Below, in pieces: positions 43,539 through 54,285 of a stretch of DNA of 64,000 nucleotides. Each line of letters opens with the position of its first letter. The first letter of the stretch is position 1. The stretch lies in NCBI GenBank assembly GCA_945787785.1, contig CALZIO010000007.1, forward strand, positions 14,946 through 78,945, read 5' to 3'. Origin of the DNA: an uncultured Chromatiaceae bacterium. Its GTDB lineage: Bacteria; Pseudomonadota; Gammaproteobacteria; Tenderiales; Tenderiaceae. The position numbers were made by a program, and so were the translations under genes. The notes beneath the pieces were generated by a model that was not told the DNA's origin, made no database searches, and was given only the letters and a program-made list of their open reading frames with translations.

Positions 43539-44396
43539 CTATTTATTTTCTGCTGCGCTTGCTTTTAGCAGGATTTTATCCAATAAAGACGTTGGCAAAG
43601 ACCGCCGTAATACACTCGCAATATAGGTAGGCGTGGTAACGTAGTAACGCGTTTTGGGCCGCGGGGATTCCAATGCATGGATGACTTTTTTCAGAACTGC
43701 CTCGGGGGGCAGGGTGAAGGGCTGGGCATGGCCTTTTTTGCTGAGCCGTTTTTCCACGCCTGCATAATAATCACGGTGGGCGCTGTGTTCGCGGTCGATG
43801 TTTTGTTTGAACATGGCGAAGGCATTGGCACGAAATTGACTCTCGATCGGGCCTGGCTCTATCAGCGAGACATACACGCCGCTGTTGTTCAGCTCTAGCC
43901 GTAAGGTATCGGTTAATCCTTCCATGGCAAACTTGCTGGCGTTGTAGGCGCCCCGATAAGGCAATGCCACAAGTCCAAGAATGGAGCTGTTCTGAATAAT
44001 GCGGCCATAACCCTGGTTGCGCATCACTGGAATAACACGATTGGTGAGTTCATGCGTGCCGAACAGGTTGGTCTCAAACTGTTCTCTCAAAACATCACGG
44101 CTTAAATCCTCGACTGCACCAGGCTGGCCATAGGCGCCATTATTAAACAAGGAGAATAGTTCACCCTGAGTCTCGTATAAAACAGCATCTACCGCGATAT
44201 TGATTGAGTTTGAATCAGTCAGGTCGAGCTGGAAACTTTCCAATCCCTGGTTACTTAACTTTTCCACATCTTCAGATTTGCGGGCGGTGGCAAAAACGCG
44301 ATAGCCACGCTGTTTTAGCCCCAAGGCGGTACACAGGCCAATGCCGCTGGAGCAGCCGGTGATCAGGATCGGTTTTGATGCATTAATGTGGGGCAT
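43539..44396 (-). CDS. SDR family oxidoreductase (YbbO-like)
   Basis: ITGCSSGIG, LFNNGA, YNASK and IEPGPI motifs. Confidence 0.93.
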   Translation of the reverse strand: MPHINASKPILITGCSSGIGLCTALGLKQRGYRVFATARKSEDVEKLSNQGLESFQLDLTDSNSINIAVDAVLYETQGELFSLFNNGAYGQPGAVEDLSRDVLREQFETNLFGTHELTNRVIPVMRNQGYGRIIQNSSILGLVALPYRGAYNASKFAMEGLTDTLRLELNNSGVYVSLIEPGPIESQFRANAFAMFKQNIDREHSAHRDYYAGVEKRLSKKGHAQPFTLPPEAVLKKVIHALESPRPKTRYYVTTPTYIASVLRRSLPTSLLDKILLKASAAENK

Positions 44397-44404
44397 AAAC
44401 GTAC

Positions 44405-44431
44405 TAAAGCTGCTGTATTAAGCGTCGTTAA
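44405..44431 (+). promoter_or_regulatory. Putative sigma-28 promoter
   Basis: TAAA-N15-GTCGTTAA upstream of the PAS + MCP genes. Confidence 0.6.
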
Positions 44432-44519
44432 TATATTTGTCAGATACCTGGCAGATATGTGCCTGTAAATGATGTTGATTATTGTTAGATTCTAACAGGT
44501 GGGGGAATTAACTTGGACC

Positions 44520-45047
44520 ATGAAAGATAAATCTATCATCCCGACGGACCGGGAACGGGTCATGCGAGAAAACGATTTTATTGTCTCGAAAACTGATCTC
44601 ACGGGGAAAATCACCTACGCCAATCGCATATTTCAGGAATTTGCCGGTTATACAGAAAGCGAATTACTCGGAACGCAACACAATATTGTACGCCACCCTG
44701 ATATGCCAAGAGCGGCATTCAAATTGGTTTGGGACACCATCAAAGCGAAGCAGGAATTTTTCGGTTTTGTAAAGAATATGGCCAGTGACGGTTCTTACTA
44801 CTGGGTGTTTACCCATATCACACCGTCTTACAATCGTGAGGGTAAAGTCATTGGCTATCTTTCTGTCCGTAGAAAGCCTAGGGTTGAAGCGGTCAACACG
44901 ATTACGGGCTTGTATCAACAGATGCTAAGTATCGAGAAGCGGAATAGCCCTAATCAAGGGATGGATTCTTCGACAAAATTCTTATTGGATTTTCTGACTG
45001 AAAAAGGGGCTTCGTATGAAGAGCTTATTCTCGCTCTCCAGGGCTAG
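44520..45047 (+). CDS. Stand-alone Aer-type PAS protein (CetB-like)
   Basis: [23 protein letters not shown]...F...W, VKN...DG..YWV and GYLSVR motifs. Confidence 0.9.
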   Translation: MKDKSIIPTDRERVMRENDFIVSKTDLTGKITYANRIFQEFAGYTESELLGTQHNIVRHPDMPRAAFKLVWDTIKAKQEFFGFVKNMASDGSYYWVFTHITPSYNREGKVIGYLSVRRKPRVEAVNTITGLYQQMLSIEKRNSPNQGMDSSTKFLLDFLTEKGASYEELILALQG

Positions 45048-46476
45048 TGTCGTCATTGGCTTAACCATGCTCGCGGTGGCGATGGCTGCTTATGTCAGCT
45101 TTGTGTTTGGGCTGGATTGGTGGATTATGGGCATGGCCTTGGCTGCAGTGGTTTTTGCGCTGATGTTTGGTTTCTCAAATGATCAAAAAGATCATGAAGA
45201 GCTGCTCAACAAAGTTGACGAGGTCATCAAGCAGGTGGCCGCCGGCGAGGTAAATAATCGGGTTGTGAATATTCATGATGGCAAGCTGGGAGAAGTGGCG
45301 TGGCATCTTAATGACATGCTCGATCAGTTGGAAACTTTTTTTCATGAAGTCAAAACCTCTTTTGATCATGTGAGTCAAGGTAAATATTATCGCCGCCCAA
45401 TCTCGGCTGGTTTACATGGCGACTTTGAAACAGTCTTGGATCAGCTTGATGGTTCGCTGGGCCTTATTGTTGAAAGTAAAAAAGAGGGTGGCAAAAATCA
45501 GCTTTTGAGTCGTCTGGGTCAATTGAATACAGAAAACTTATTGGTCAATCTAAAGCATGCACAAACTGACCTGGCCGATGTGAACGGTCAGATGGAAAAT
45601 GTGCAGGGCATTGCCCAGAATACTGCGGAACGTGCCGGGCAAAGCAGTCGGCAAATCGGCAATGTACTCGGTAACCTCGGTGAGCTGAGTAAAATTATTA
45701 ATGCGACTGATGACACTGTGGCCGTGCTAAGTGAACGTACTGGAGAAATATCAAAAGTAATCAAAGTGATCACCGAAATCGCAGAACAGACCAACTTGTT
45801 GGCATTGAATGCAGCGATTGAAGCTGCCAGGGCGGGTGAACAAGGACGTGGTTTTGCTGTGGTGGCGGATGAAGTGCGCGCGCTGGCAAAAAATACCAAA
45901 AAGGCGACGCAGGAAATTAGTCCAGTGATTGAAGCCTTCACTGATGAGGCAGAGCTTATGTTGAAAAATGCCGCTGCGATGAAACAAATCGCTGAAGAAT
46001 CTTCGGGAGTGATTGGTGAATTCGAGGCGGATTTGACTGAGTTTGCCGCCTCAGCGCAGGAATCAGCTGTGCAGTTGACTCAAGCTCGTGATCGTAGTTT
46101 TGCCACACTGATCAAAATGGATCATGTCATCTATAAACAAAATACCTATCGCTCAATTGAAGCAGGGCTGGAATCGCCTGAAGGTCAGGCTGTGTCAGTC
46201 GATCATCATAACTGCCGCCTTGGCCGTTGGTATGAAGATGGTCATGGCCACGAGCAGTTTGGAAACATGCCCTCATACCAAAGATTGGAAGCGCCGCATG
46301 CACGTGTTCATGACCGTGCCCATGAAGTGCTCGATCTGATTAATACTGACTGGGCTAACAATAGAGATTCTATAAACACAATTGTGGTAGCGTTTGAAGA
46401 TATTGAATCCGCGAGCGGCGAGCTGATGGTGTTGATGCAGAACCTGGTAGAAGAGAAGGTTTCAGGACGCGGCTAA
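45016..46476 (+). CDS. Methyl-accepting chemotaxis protein with a C-terminal CZB domain (CetA-like)
   Basis: Two adjacent TM helices, HAMP-like region, MCP tip motif and DHV.YK...[11 protein letters not shown]...H..VH. Confidence 0.92.
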   Translation: MKSLFSLSRASVVIGLTMLAVAMAAYVSFVFGLDWWIMGMALAAVVFALMFGFSNDQKDHEELLNKVDEVIKQVAAGEVNNRVVNIHDGKLGEVAWHLNDMLDQLETFFHEVKTSFDHVSQGKYYRRPISAGLHGDFETVLDQLDGSLGLIVESKKEGGKNQLLSRLGQLNTENLLVNLKHAQTDLADVNGQMENVQGIAQNTAERAGQSSRQIGNVLGNLGELSKIINATDDTVAVLSERTGEISKVIKVITEIAEQTNLLALNAAIEAARAGEQGRGFAVVADEVRALAKNTKKATQEISPVIEAFTDEAELMLKNAAAMKQIAEESSGVIGEFEADLTEFAASAQESAVQLTQARDRSFATLIKMDHVIYKQNTYRSIEAGLESPEGQAVSVDHHNCRLGRWYEDGHGHEQFGNMPSYQRLEAPHARVHDRAHEVLDLINTDWANNRDSINTIVVAFEDIESASGELMVLMQNLVEEKVSGRG

Positions 46477-46494
46477 GCATTTTTGTTTGATTGC

Positions 46495-47157
46495 CTAAGC
46501 AAGAAGCACTGCAACTATTCCCGTTATAAAAATCCCATCAAATGTACCTGCACCTCCAATCGAGGCGATTGGGGTGCCCATCTTGCGGATGTCTTTCAAG
46601 CGCAACATATCCGCACCAATCAAAACGCCCAGTGTGCCGCAAATATAAGCGAGCGGTGCACTGAAGTTTGGATTAATCATCAAGGCGACAGCGGCCGCAA
46701 TCAGTGGTGCGAAAAGAAATGGCATACCAATGCCGACACCCGGAATCGGTCGGCTGGCGAAATAACTGGCCAGGGTGACAATTGATACGGCCAACAACAA
46801 ATCAAATACCGATAACGGATTGTGATAAATAAGATAGAGGCTGAAACAGACGGGAATGAGACAGCCGCCGACATTCATGGCAATGGTGGTGTAGCCAGTA
46901 AAGGGTGGCATTACTCGTTTCAGCAGACTAAGCATGTGTGGGGTGTCAACCGGATGTGGTGGTTGTTCCGCTTTGATCTTGAACAAAGGCATGTTAATAC
47001 CACTGCCTATTAATGAAATTAGTAGCAGTAATAATGCTGAATCGGGTGACAAGCCAAGTTTGGCAAAGCTGATGGTAAGAATGCCCAGCTGGATAAAAGC
47101 CAGTAACAGGCTCAACAGAAACAGCAGGGCCAGTAGAACTAGTGGTGAAAATGGCAT
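46495..47157 (-). CDS. DUF1614 family membrane protein
   Basis: GS.IN.P, IA.NVGG..IP, P.PGVGI, G.LIGAD and SIGGAGTFDGIF motifs. Confidence 0.88.
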   Translation of the reverse strand: MPFSPLVLLALLFLLSLLLAFIQLGILTISFAKLGLSPDSALLLLLISLIGSGINMPLFKIKAEQPPHPVDTPHMLSLLKRVMPPFTGYTTIAMNVGGCLIPVCFSLYLIYHNPLSVFDLLLAVSIVTLASYFASRPIPGVGIGMPFLFAPLIAAAVALMINPNFSAPLAYICGTLGVLIGADMLRLKDIRKMGTPIASIGGAGTFDGIFITGIVAVLLA

Positions 47158-47160
47158 ATT

Positions 47161-47389
47161 GGTACCTCTAAAAACCCACTAAAGGCGCGCTGGCAGCGGT
47201 TACCCTCAAGGGGTACCAAGGGAAAACAAGCTCAAAATGCTCATTTACTACCTGTAAACTCGGCAATTGCTCCCGGCATTGCCCTACCTCCTGCATCCAT
47301 GCAGTCGTCCGCTTTCTTGAGCCCGTTCTTTGGGTTTTCACTTGTTTTCGCCTTGCCATCATCACCTTGATTGGATTTTTTGAGGTACC
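47161..47389. mobile_element. MITE with terminal inverted repeats and a probable nested 48-bp repeat
   Basis: GGTACCTCTAAAAACCC ... GGATTTTTTGAGGTACC; fills the gap between two co-oriented genes; nested CGGCAATTGCTCC...GCAGTCGT at 47261-47308. Confidence 0.72.
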
Positions 47390-47392
47390 CAC

Positions 47393-48262
47393 TTAGTGTT
47401 TAATTGCGTCGGCGATTAACTGGTCTAGATGTATGACATTGGTGTTGTGACTGATGCTGTCACAACTCCATACATGTGAAATACAGGCATTAGCCAGAAC
47501 CTGTTCGGTGTCATCGGCAAATAGTGGGTGGGTTATCAGGCAATCAACGGTTTGGGCGCCGGCCTTTTTTAACTCCTTGGCGGCTTGGGCGATGGTACGG
47601 CCGGTGCTGGCGACATCATCGACAATGATAACAATCCTGTCACTAAAATCCTGTTCGGGTAACTTGATGTGAACGATATGATCACCAACACGCTCCTTCT
47701 TAGCTACCACCCATTCAAGCTCATTCTGCCTGGCGATCTTTTTGACCCATTGTTCCGATTCACTGTCTGGTCCCAACAGTAAAGGCGGGTGAGGCCGTTT
47801 GTTCAAAAACTCAGCCATCAAGCCGGTCGCAGAAAGGGTAATGGTTTCTGTGTTGAGGATGACCTGACCCAAATTATCGATACGGTGAAGATGTGGGTCG
47901 ACGGTGATAACAGTATCAAACAGCTCGCCTAGCCAATGGCCGATGATTCTTTGGCTCACTGCTTCGCCGGGATGGAAATCTGTGTCCTGACGCATATAGC
48001 AGAGATAGGGTGCAACCAGCGTGATATGTTTTACCCCTTGCTGCCGGGCCACATGGCAACTGAGAAAAAGCTCAATTAATTTGTTGTTGGGGTAATCAAG
48101 GCTGCGGCAAAATATGATGTCATCATCCAGCTCAGCCGGTAGCGTGACTTTACTCTCGCCATCGGGAAAGTGATGCACAGCCACTTCAGCATAATCAATG
48201 GCCAGTGCTTTGGCCAGGCGTTGTGCCTGGTCACGGTAATCGTGAAAACCCAGTAGTAACAT
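47393..48262 (-). CDS. Ribose-phosphate diphosphokinase-like protein
   Basis: FPDGES, APYL.YMRQD, VDPHLH, GPD.ES and IVDDVASTG.T motifs; divergent from housekeeping Prs. Confidence 0.88.
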   Translation of the reverse strand: MLLLGFHDYRDQAQRLAKALAIDYAEVAVHHFPDGESKVTLPAELDDDIIFCRSLDYPNNKLIELFLSCHVARQQGVKHITLVAPYLCYMRQDTDFHPGEAVSQRIIGHWLGELFDTVITVDPHLHRIDNLGQVILNTETITLSATGLMAEFLNKRPHPPLLLGPDSESEQWVKKIARQNELEWVVAKKERVGDHIVHIKLPEQDFSDRIVIIVDDVASTGRTIAQAAKELKKAGAQTVDCLITHPLFADDTEQVLANACISHVWSCDSISHNTNVIHLDQLIADAIKH

Positions 48263-48264
48263 GG

Positions 48265-49821
48265 TTAAAACTCCACATAGGCCTTGGGTAACTGGTCAGC
48301 GTCACCGGTGTTGTAACCACTGCCGTGTTGTGAGGTCAGGTTTTGGGCGAAATCATAATCACTCTTGAATTCGGCATGCACACGATAGAGAACATCGCCC
48401 TTTGTTACAGTATCTCCCAGCTTTTTCAGTAGCTCTACACCGGCACCTTTATCCATGGGGGCGCCTGCAAAACGGGCTAGCTTGGCCATATGATAGTTGT
48501 TAATTCCAATAACGCTACCATCTGTTTCGGTTTTAACCTCAAAATTCAGTTTTCCCAGGGTGGGTTGTTCTGCGCATCGTCCTTGGCTGTCGATGATGTT
48601 ATTCATCTTGGCCAGGGCGCGGCCCGATTCAAGAATGTCGCGGGCGATGGTGTAACCCTGGCCGCCACGCACATCCGGATCAAACTCCAGTACGCGTCCG
48701 GCTAACCTTAGTGATTTCTGACGCAGATCGTCAGGCGCGTCAGGATCGTTATTGAGAATCTGCATGACATCGCGTGCTTCCAGCACGGGGCCAATGCCAC
48801 GACCGATAGGTTGACGGCCATCAGTAATTACAACTTCAAGGTGAATGTTCAGGCGATCGCCGACAAATTCAAACAATTTGCGCAACGCCAAGGCCTCGCG
48901 CATGTGACGTACTTTGGCAGTGGGGCCAACCGGAATATCTATAAGTAAATGTGTTGACCCGGCGGAGAGCTTTTTCGACAAAATAGAAGCGACCATTTGC
49001 CCTTGTGAATCGATGCTTAGCGGGCGTTCCACCGAGATCAGCACGTCGTCAACTGGGGCGAGATTGGCGGTGCCGCCCCAACTGATACAGCCGCGGTCAT
49101 GCCGAATGATGTGATGCAGTTTGTCTGGCGATAACTCAACCTTGGCCAGTACTTCCATGGTGTCCGCAGTGCCGGCGGGTGAGGTGATGGCACGACTGGA
49201 AGTCTTGGGGATCAACATGCCGTGGGCAGCGACGATTGGCACCACCAGCATCGAGGTGCGATTTCCGGGAATGCCACCAATGCAGTGTTTGTCCACCACC
49301 AGCTGTTCATGCCAGTTCAGGCGGGTGCCGGTCTCGATCATGGCTTGAGTAAGATAAAGCACCTCGTCGCGATCCAGCCCGGTTTGGCCGGAGGCAACCA
49401 GAAAGGCGGCCAATTCCATTTTGGAAAAGCGATGCTGGGCTATGTCACGCGCAATCTCACGAAACTGGTCAGCTTCGAGCCGTTTGCCGGCAATCTTGCT
49501 GCGGATTGCCTCCATCGATGCAGGCGGCTCGGCGTGTGACACGCAAACTGCTGTGCCTTGTTCCAGGTTCATCTGGGCAAACGCCTGTTCCGACAGTCCG
49601 AGTTCGCCGGGTGCGACGATGTTATCGTCATCAACCACGTTCAACATGGCCAGGATGGTGTTGCCGTTAGCCTCGATCTCGATCTTGGAAAGCGCCTGGA
49701 ATCCCTCGGCACGATAGATTTCACATTCGCGATTAAGATAAGCAACATTTTCACGATAGGTATCAATCGCAACACGACGAAGTTTGAGTTGTCCGCGGAT
49801 TTTTTTCGCTGTTTTTGCCAT
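48265..49821 (-). CDS. Thymidine phosphorylase family protein, AMP-phosphorylase type
   Basis: N-terminal extension; [32 protein letters not shown] and [10 protein letters not shown] motifs. Confidence 0.92.
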   Translation of the reverse strand: MAKTAKKIRGQLKLRRVAIDTYRENVAYLNRECEIYRAEGFQALSKIEIEANGNTILAMLNVVDDDNIVAPGELGLSEQAFAQMNLEQGTAVCVSHAEPPASMEAIRSKIAGKRLEADQFREIARDIAQHRFSKMELAAFLVASGQTGLDRDEVLYLTQAMIETGTRLNWHEQLVVDKHCIGGIPGNRTSMLVVPIVAAHGMLIPKTSSRAITSPAGTADTMEVLAKVELSPDKLHHIIRHDRGCISWGGTANLAPVDDVLISVERPLSIDSQGQMVASILSKKLSAGSTHLLIDIPVGPTAKVRHMREALALRKLFEFVGDRLNIHLEVVITDGRQPIGRGIGPVLEARDVMQILNNDPDAPDDLRQKSLRLAGRVLEFDPDVRGGQGYTIARDILESGRALAKMNNIIDSQGRCAEQPTLGKLNFEVKTETDGSVIGINNYHMAKLARFAGAPMDKGAGVELLKKLGDTVTKGDVLYRVHAEFKSDYDFAQNLTSQHGSGYNTGDADQLPKAYVEF

Positions 49822-49839
49822 GTTTATAAACCAGGATTA

Positions 49840-51645
49840 TTAAACTACTACGGCTTCGCTCTCATCCAGGTGTTGTTCCTGTTGTTGCAGTGCCCACATA
49901 TTGGCATAGACTTCACCTTTATCCAGCAGTTGTCGATGAGTGCCTTGTTCGATAATACGGCCCTGATCCATCACCAGAATCTGATCGGCATCGACAATCG
50001 TAGAAAGGCGATGGGCAATTACCAGGGTGGTGCGATTTTGCGCGACTTCTCTAAACTCTTTCAGTATCGCCTGTTCTGATTTTGAATCAAGCGCTGAGGT
50101 GGCTTCATCAAAAATCAGAATACTCGGATTTTTCAGCACGGTGCGGGCAATGGCTATGCGCTGTTTTTCACCGCCGGAAAGTTTCAGGCCGCGCTCTCCG
50201 ACGGTGGTCTCGTAGCCTTCAGGGAGTGACAAAATGAAATCGTGGATGTGCGCGGTCTGGGCGGCGCGAAAGATTTCATCTTCACTGGCGTCTGGACGGC
50301 CGTAAGAGATGTTGTAAATGATGCTGTCGTTGAACAGTACCGTGTCCTGCGGCACGATGCCAATGGCGGCGCGCAGGCTCTTTTGTGTGACCTCGCGGAT
50401 GTCCTGGTCATCGATCAGGATACGTCCACTGCTGATCTCATAAAAACGAAACAGCAATCGCGACAGGGTCGACTTGCCTGCACCGCTGTGGCCGACCACA
50501 GCGACTTTCTTGCCTGCCGGGATTTCAAAACTGACATCATGCAGAATCTGGCGATTGTCGTTATAACCAAAGTCGACATGTTCAAATCGCACTTCCGCTT
50601 TGTTTACGACTAAATCCTGAGCGCCGGGTTTGTCTTGCACGTCCGGATTATTGCGCAGCAGATTGAACATCTTCTCCATGTCGGCCAGTGAGTGTTTGAT
50701 TTCGCGATAAACAAAGCCAAGGAAGTTGAGTGGCATGAAGAGTTGCAGCAAGTAGGCGTTGATCAGTACCAGGTCACCAATCGTTAATTCACCTTTTACC
50801 ACACCATCACTGGCCAAAATTAACATCAGGGTGATGCCGATGGCGATGATGCTGCCCTGGCCAAAGTTGAGCAGACTCAGTGAGGTCTGATTTTTGATTG
50901 CGGCGTCTTGCCACTTTTCCAGATTGCTGTCGTACCGGCGTGCTTCAAACTCTTCGTTGCAGAAGTATTTGACCGTTTCGTAATTCAGCAGTGAGTCAAT
51001 GGCGCGGGTATTGGCTTTGGAGTCCAGTTCATTCATAGTGCGGCGAAAACGCATGCGCCATTCCGTCACGATCAGTGAGAAGGCAACATATAAGGTGACG
51101 CTGGCAAAGGTGATGATGGCGAACCAGGCGTCGTAGTTGATGAACAGGATAATGGTGACCAGGCCGATCTCAAACAGGGTCGGCAGGATATTGAACACCA
51201 TAAAATTGAGCAGGAAACTGATACCGCGGCTGCCGCGTTCGATATCGCGTGACACACCACCGGTCTGGCGTTCCAGATGAAACCGTAGCGACAGGCCGTG
51301 CAGGTGTTTGAATACTTGCAGGGCTACCCGTCGTATTGAGCTTTGCGTCACCTTAGCGAAGATGGCGTCACGCAGTTCGCCAAAGGCGGAGCTGGCCATG
51401 CGCAGCACGCCATAACCAATCAACAGGGTCAGCGGTAGCGTGAGAGCGATATCAGTGGCGGATAGGTGATCGACGATGTCTTTCAGAAACCAGGGCATGG
51501 CGACAATGGCGGCCTTCGCCAGGATCAGGCAGGCGAGTGCTAGCACGACTCTGGGTTTGTGTTCCCATAGGTAAGGCACCAGGGTGCGAATGGTTTGCCA
51601 ATCGTTGCGGGGTGTATCGGGTGCTTGTTCTGCGAGACTGCGCAT
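49840..51645 (-). CDS. Atm1/ABCB7-like ABC exporter (fused permease and ATPase)
   Basis: FHLERQTG, DSLLNYETVKYF, PLNFLG.VYREI, GHSGAGKST, LSGGE and FDEATS motifs. Confidence 0.95.
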   Translation of the reverse strand: MRSLAEQAPDTPRNDWQTIRTLVPYLWEHKPRVVLALACLILAKAAIVAMPWFLKDIVDHLSATDIALTLPLTLLIGYGVLRMASSAFGELRDAIFAKVTQSSIRRVALQVFKHLHGLSLRFHLERQTGGVSRDIERGSRGISFLLNFMVFNILPTLFEIGLVTIILFINYDAWFAIITFASVTLYVAFSLIVTEWRMRFRRTMNELDSKANTRAIDSLLNYETVKYFCNEEFEARRYDSNLEKWQDAAIKNQTSLSLLNFGQGSIIAIGITLMLILASDGVVKGELTIGDLVLINAYLLQLFMPLNFLGFVYREIKHSLADMEKMFNLLRNNPDVQDKPGAQDLVVNKAEVRFEHVDFGYNDNRQILHDVSFEIPAGKKVAVVGHSGAGKSTLSRLLFRFYEISSGRILIDDQDIREVTQKSLRAAIGIVPQDTVLFNDSIIYNISYGRPDASEDEIFRAAQTAHIHDFILSLPEGYETTVGERGLKLSGGEKQRIAIARTVLKNPSILIFDEATSALDSKSEQAILKEFREVAQNRTTLVIAHRLSTIVDADQILVMDQGRIIEQGTHRQLLDKGEVYANMWALQQQEQHLDESEAVVV

Positions 51646-51932
51646 AGAGTCCTTCCTGAAATGCTTCGCTAACGCTATCAGATTGCCGGCATCATGGGAA
51701 ATGATTCACTGTAAAATGTATTGAATAAACAATGAGGTGGGTTGTTCCTCCGTGCTTTTCCCGGACTTATGGGCCGCGATTACAATCCCTTTTAGGTGCC
51801 AAGAATCCGATTGTGTAGTCGTTGTCGTGGAAGTGCTTCTGGCAATCCACAGCTGTTAGTATTTCGCCCCTTATAGAAAGTGATATAATCCTCGGCCTTT
51901 CAATCGCTTGGCGATTACTTGGAGTGTGTTTA

Positions 51933-52172
51933 ATGCCTATCTACGAATATCAATGCCAATCATGCGGGCACGAAATGGAGGCATTGCAAAAGATGAATGA
52001 ACCAGCATTGAGTGAATGTCCGGAATGCAATCAGCCCGAATTGAAAAAATTGATATCTGCAGGCGGCTTTCAACTCAAAGCATCAGGCGGCTTTGAGTCT
52101 GGCTTCAAGTGCGGTGCTAATGAGCCCCCATCGCCCACGTGCGGCACCGGCGCCTGTCCGGCATGCGAGTAG
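51933..52172 (+). CDS. FmdB family zinc ribbon protein
   Basis: MPIYEYQC..CGH...CPEC...L.KLIS; usual neighbour of aspS. Confidence 0.9.
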   Translation: MPIYEYQCQSCGHEMEALQKMNEPALSECPECNQPELKKLISAGGFQLKASGGFESGFKCGANEPPSPTCGTGACPACE

Positions 52173-52344
52173 GTTGTAATTGATAAGACGACTAGATGAC
52201 GTAGGCAAAACCATATTCGCCACATTATTTACTGCGGAATCGGGGCATTATTTGCGCTAACAGCCCCAAAAAACGTACCATTGCCTGCTTTTACAGATTT
52301 TTCGTAAATCATTATCAAACCGTAGCTATAGGAACAGAATAAAA

Positions 52345-54129
52345 ATGCGTACCCACTATTGTGGACAAGTCACTGAGGCCCTGGTGGACCAGGAAGTAGA
52401 AGTATGTGGTTGGGTTCATCGCCGTCGCGACCATGGTGGTGTCATCTTTATCGATTTGCGTGACCGTGATGGCATCGTTCAGGTGGTTTATGATCCCGAC
52501 ACACCAAAGACCTTTGAGATCGCTGAACGCGTGCGCAATGAATATGTGTTGCGTTGCAAAGGCAAGGTACGCCTCCGCCCTGAAGGCACAGATAATCCCA
52601 ATATGGCCACCGGCAAGATTGAGATTCTGGGTCATGATCTGGAAATCATGAACCGTTCCGAGCCGCCACCGTTTCTGGTGGAAGATGAAACCGATGCATC
52701 AGAAGAGGTGCGCCTGAAGCATCGTTATCTTGATCTGCGCCGTCCCGAGATGCTGCGTCGCCTCAAAATTCGTGCTGACATTACCCGTCATCTACGTAAC
52801 TTCCTCGATCAACGCGGATTTCTGGAGATCGAAACACCTTTCCTGACCAAGGCCACACCGGAAGGTGCACGTGACTACGTGGTGCCGAGCCGTACACATC
52901 AAGGTAAGTTTTTTGCTTTGCCACAATCGCCGCAACTTTTTAAACAGTTGCTCATGGTCAGCGGCATGGACCGTTATTACCAAATCGCACGTTGTTTTCG
53001 TGATGAAGATCTGCGTGCCGATCGCCAGCCTGAATTTACCCAGCTCGATATCGAGGCCTCTTTCATTTCAGAAGATCAAATCACTCACCTGATGGAAGAT
53101 ATGTTCCGCGATATCTTCACCCATGTGCTGGAAGTGCCATTGCCGCATGAGTTTCCGCGCATGACCTATGCTGATGCCATCGAGCGGTTTGGCTCTGATA
53201 AGCCCGATCTGCGCATTCCGCTGGAACTTATCAGCATTACCGATCTGATGAAAGAAGTGGAATTCAAGGTGTTCTCAGGTCCGGCTAATGATCCCAAGGG
53301 CCGCATCGCTGCCATGCGCCTGCCCAAGGGGGGCGAGTTGACTCGCAAAGAGATCGACGACTACACCAAGTTTGTGAGCATCTATGGCGCCAAAGGCCTG
53401 GCCTATATTAAGGTCAATACTCTGGCCAAGGGCCGAGTTGGGCTGCAGTCGCCAATCTTAAAATTCCTGCCTGATGACGTCATCGACGGCATCATGAAGC
53501 GCACAGCTGCGGAAGATGGTGATCTGGTGTTCTTCGGTGCCGACAAGGCCAAGATCGTTAACGAATCTCTGGGTGCCCTGCGCGTTAAGTTGGGGCATGA
53601 TCGCGGTTTGTGTGAACACGGCTGGAAACCGCTGTGGGTTGTTGATTTCCCCATGTTCGAATTTGACGAAAAAGAGAATCGTTATATTGCCTTGCATCAC
53701 CCGTTCACTGCGCCGGTTGGAACGGTTGAAGATGTGGCCGCAAATCCTGAACAGGCATTGTCACGCGCTTATGATCTGGTGCTCAACGGTACCGAAGTGG
53801 GTGGCGGCTCTATCCGTATTCACAGTTCTGAAATGCAGGAGGAGGTCTTGAAACTGCTCGGCATTGATGAGGCTGAAGCCAAGGATAAGTTCGGTTTTCT
53901 GCTGGAAGCATTGAGCTTTGGTTGTCCGCCACATGGTGGTATCGCCTTCGGACTTGATCGTCTTGTCATGTTGATGACTGGCGCCCAGTCCATTCGTGAT
54001 GTGATGGCATTCCCCAAGACTCAGTCTGCCAGTTGTCCGCTGACGTCTGCGCCAACCGAGATCGGCGCGGCCCATCTGCTCGAACTGGGCCTGCGTCAAC
54101 GCCAACCTGCCAACAAAGAGGCTGAATAA
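52345..54129 (+). CDS. aspS: Aspartate--tRNA ligase (probably non-discriminating: RRDHGG)
   Basis: [36 protein letters not shown] and PPHGGIAFG motifs. Confidence 0.98.
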   Translation: MRTHYCGQVTEALVDQEVEVCGWVHRRRDHGGVIFIDLRDRDGIVQVVYDPDTPKTFEIAERVRNEYVLRCKGKVRLRPEGTDNPNMATGKIEILGHDLEIMNRSEPPPFLVEDETDASEEVRLKHRYLDLRRPEMLRRLKIRADITRHLRNFLDQRGFLEIETPFLTKATPEGARDYVVPSRTHQGKFFALPQSPQLFKQLLMVSGMDRYYQIARCFRDEDLRADRQPEFTQLDIEASFISEDQITHLMEDMFRDIFTHVLEVPLPHEFPRMTYADAIERFGSDKPDLRIPLELISITDLMKEVEFKVFSGPANDPKGRIAAMRLPKGGELTRKEIDDYTKFVSIYGAKGLAYIKVNTLAKGRVGLQSPILKFLPDDVIDGIMKRTAAEDGDLVFFGADKAKIVNESLGALRVKLGHDRGLCEHGWKPLWVVDFPMFEFDEKENRYIALHHPFTAPVGTVEDVAANPEQALSRAYDLVLNGTEVGGGSIRIHSSEMQEEVLKLLGIDEAEAKDKFGFLLEALSFGCPPHGGIAFGLDRLVMLMTGAQSIRDVMAFPKTQSASCPLTSAPTEIGAAHLLELGLRQRQPANKEAE

Positions 54130-54132
54130 TTT

Positions 54133-54206
54133 GTAGGGTGGGCATGTTTTTTTGCCCACCTTTCTTCCAGCATTGCGCGTGGGCACAGAAAACATGCCCA
54201 CCCTAC
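54133..54206. repeat. REPIN-like inverted pair of GTAG-type REP palindromes
   Basis: GTAGGGTGGGCATGTTTT...TGCCCAC ... GTGGGCA...AAAACATGCCCACCCTAC. Confidence 0.8.
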
Positions 54207-54285
54207 ATTAGAACTATTATAAGATGGAACCTGTCGCCGCTGGGTGGGACTAAAGTGGCAAGGTGCAGTACAGGGTGGATACAAG

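Noticed and set aside
47168-47392. 74-aa ORF
   Set aside because: Coincides with the MITE, so probably a translation of repeat sequence
51650-51930. Possible ncRNA or riboswitch between the ABC exporter and the FmdB gene
   Set aside because: No recognisable riboswitch core or convincing structure; would need an Infernal/Rfam scan
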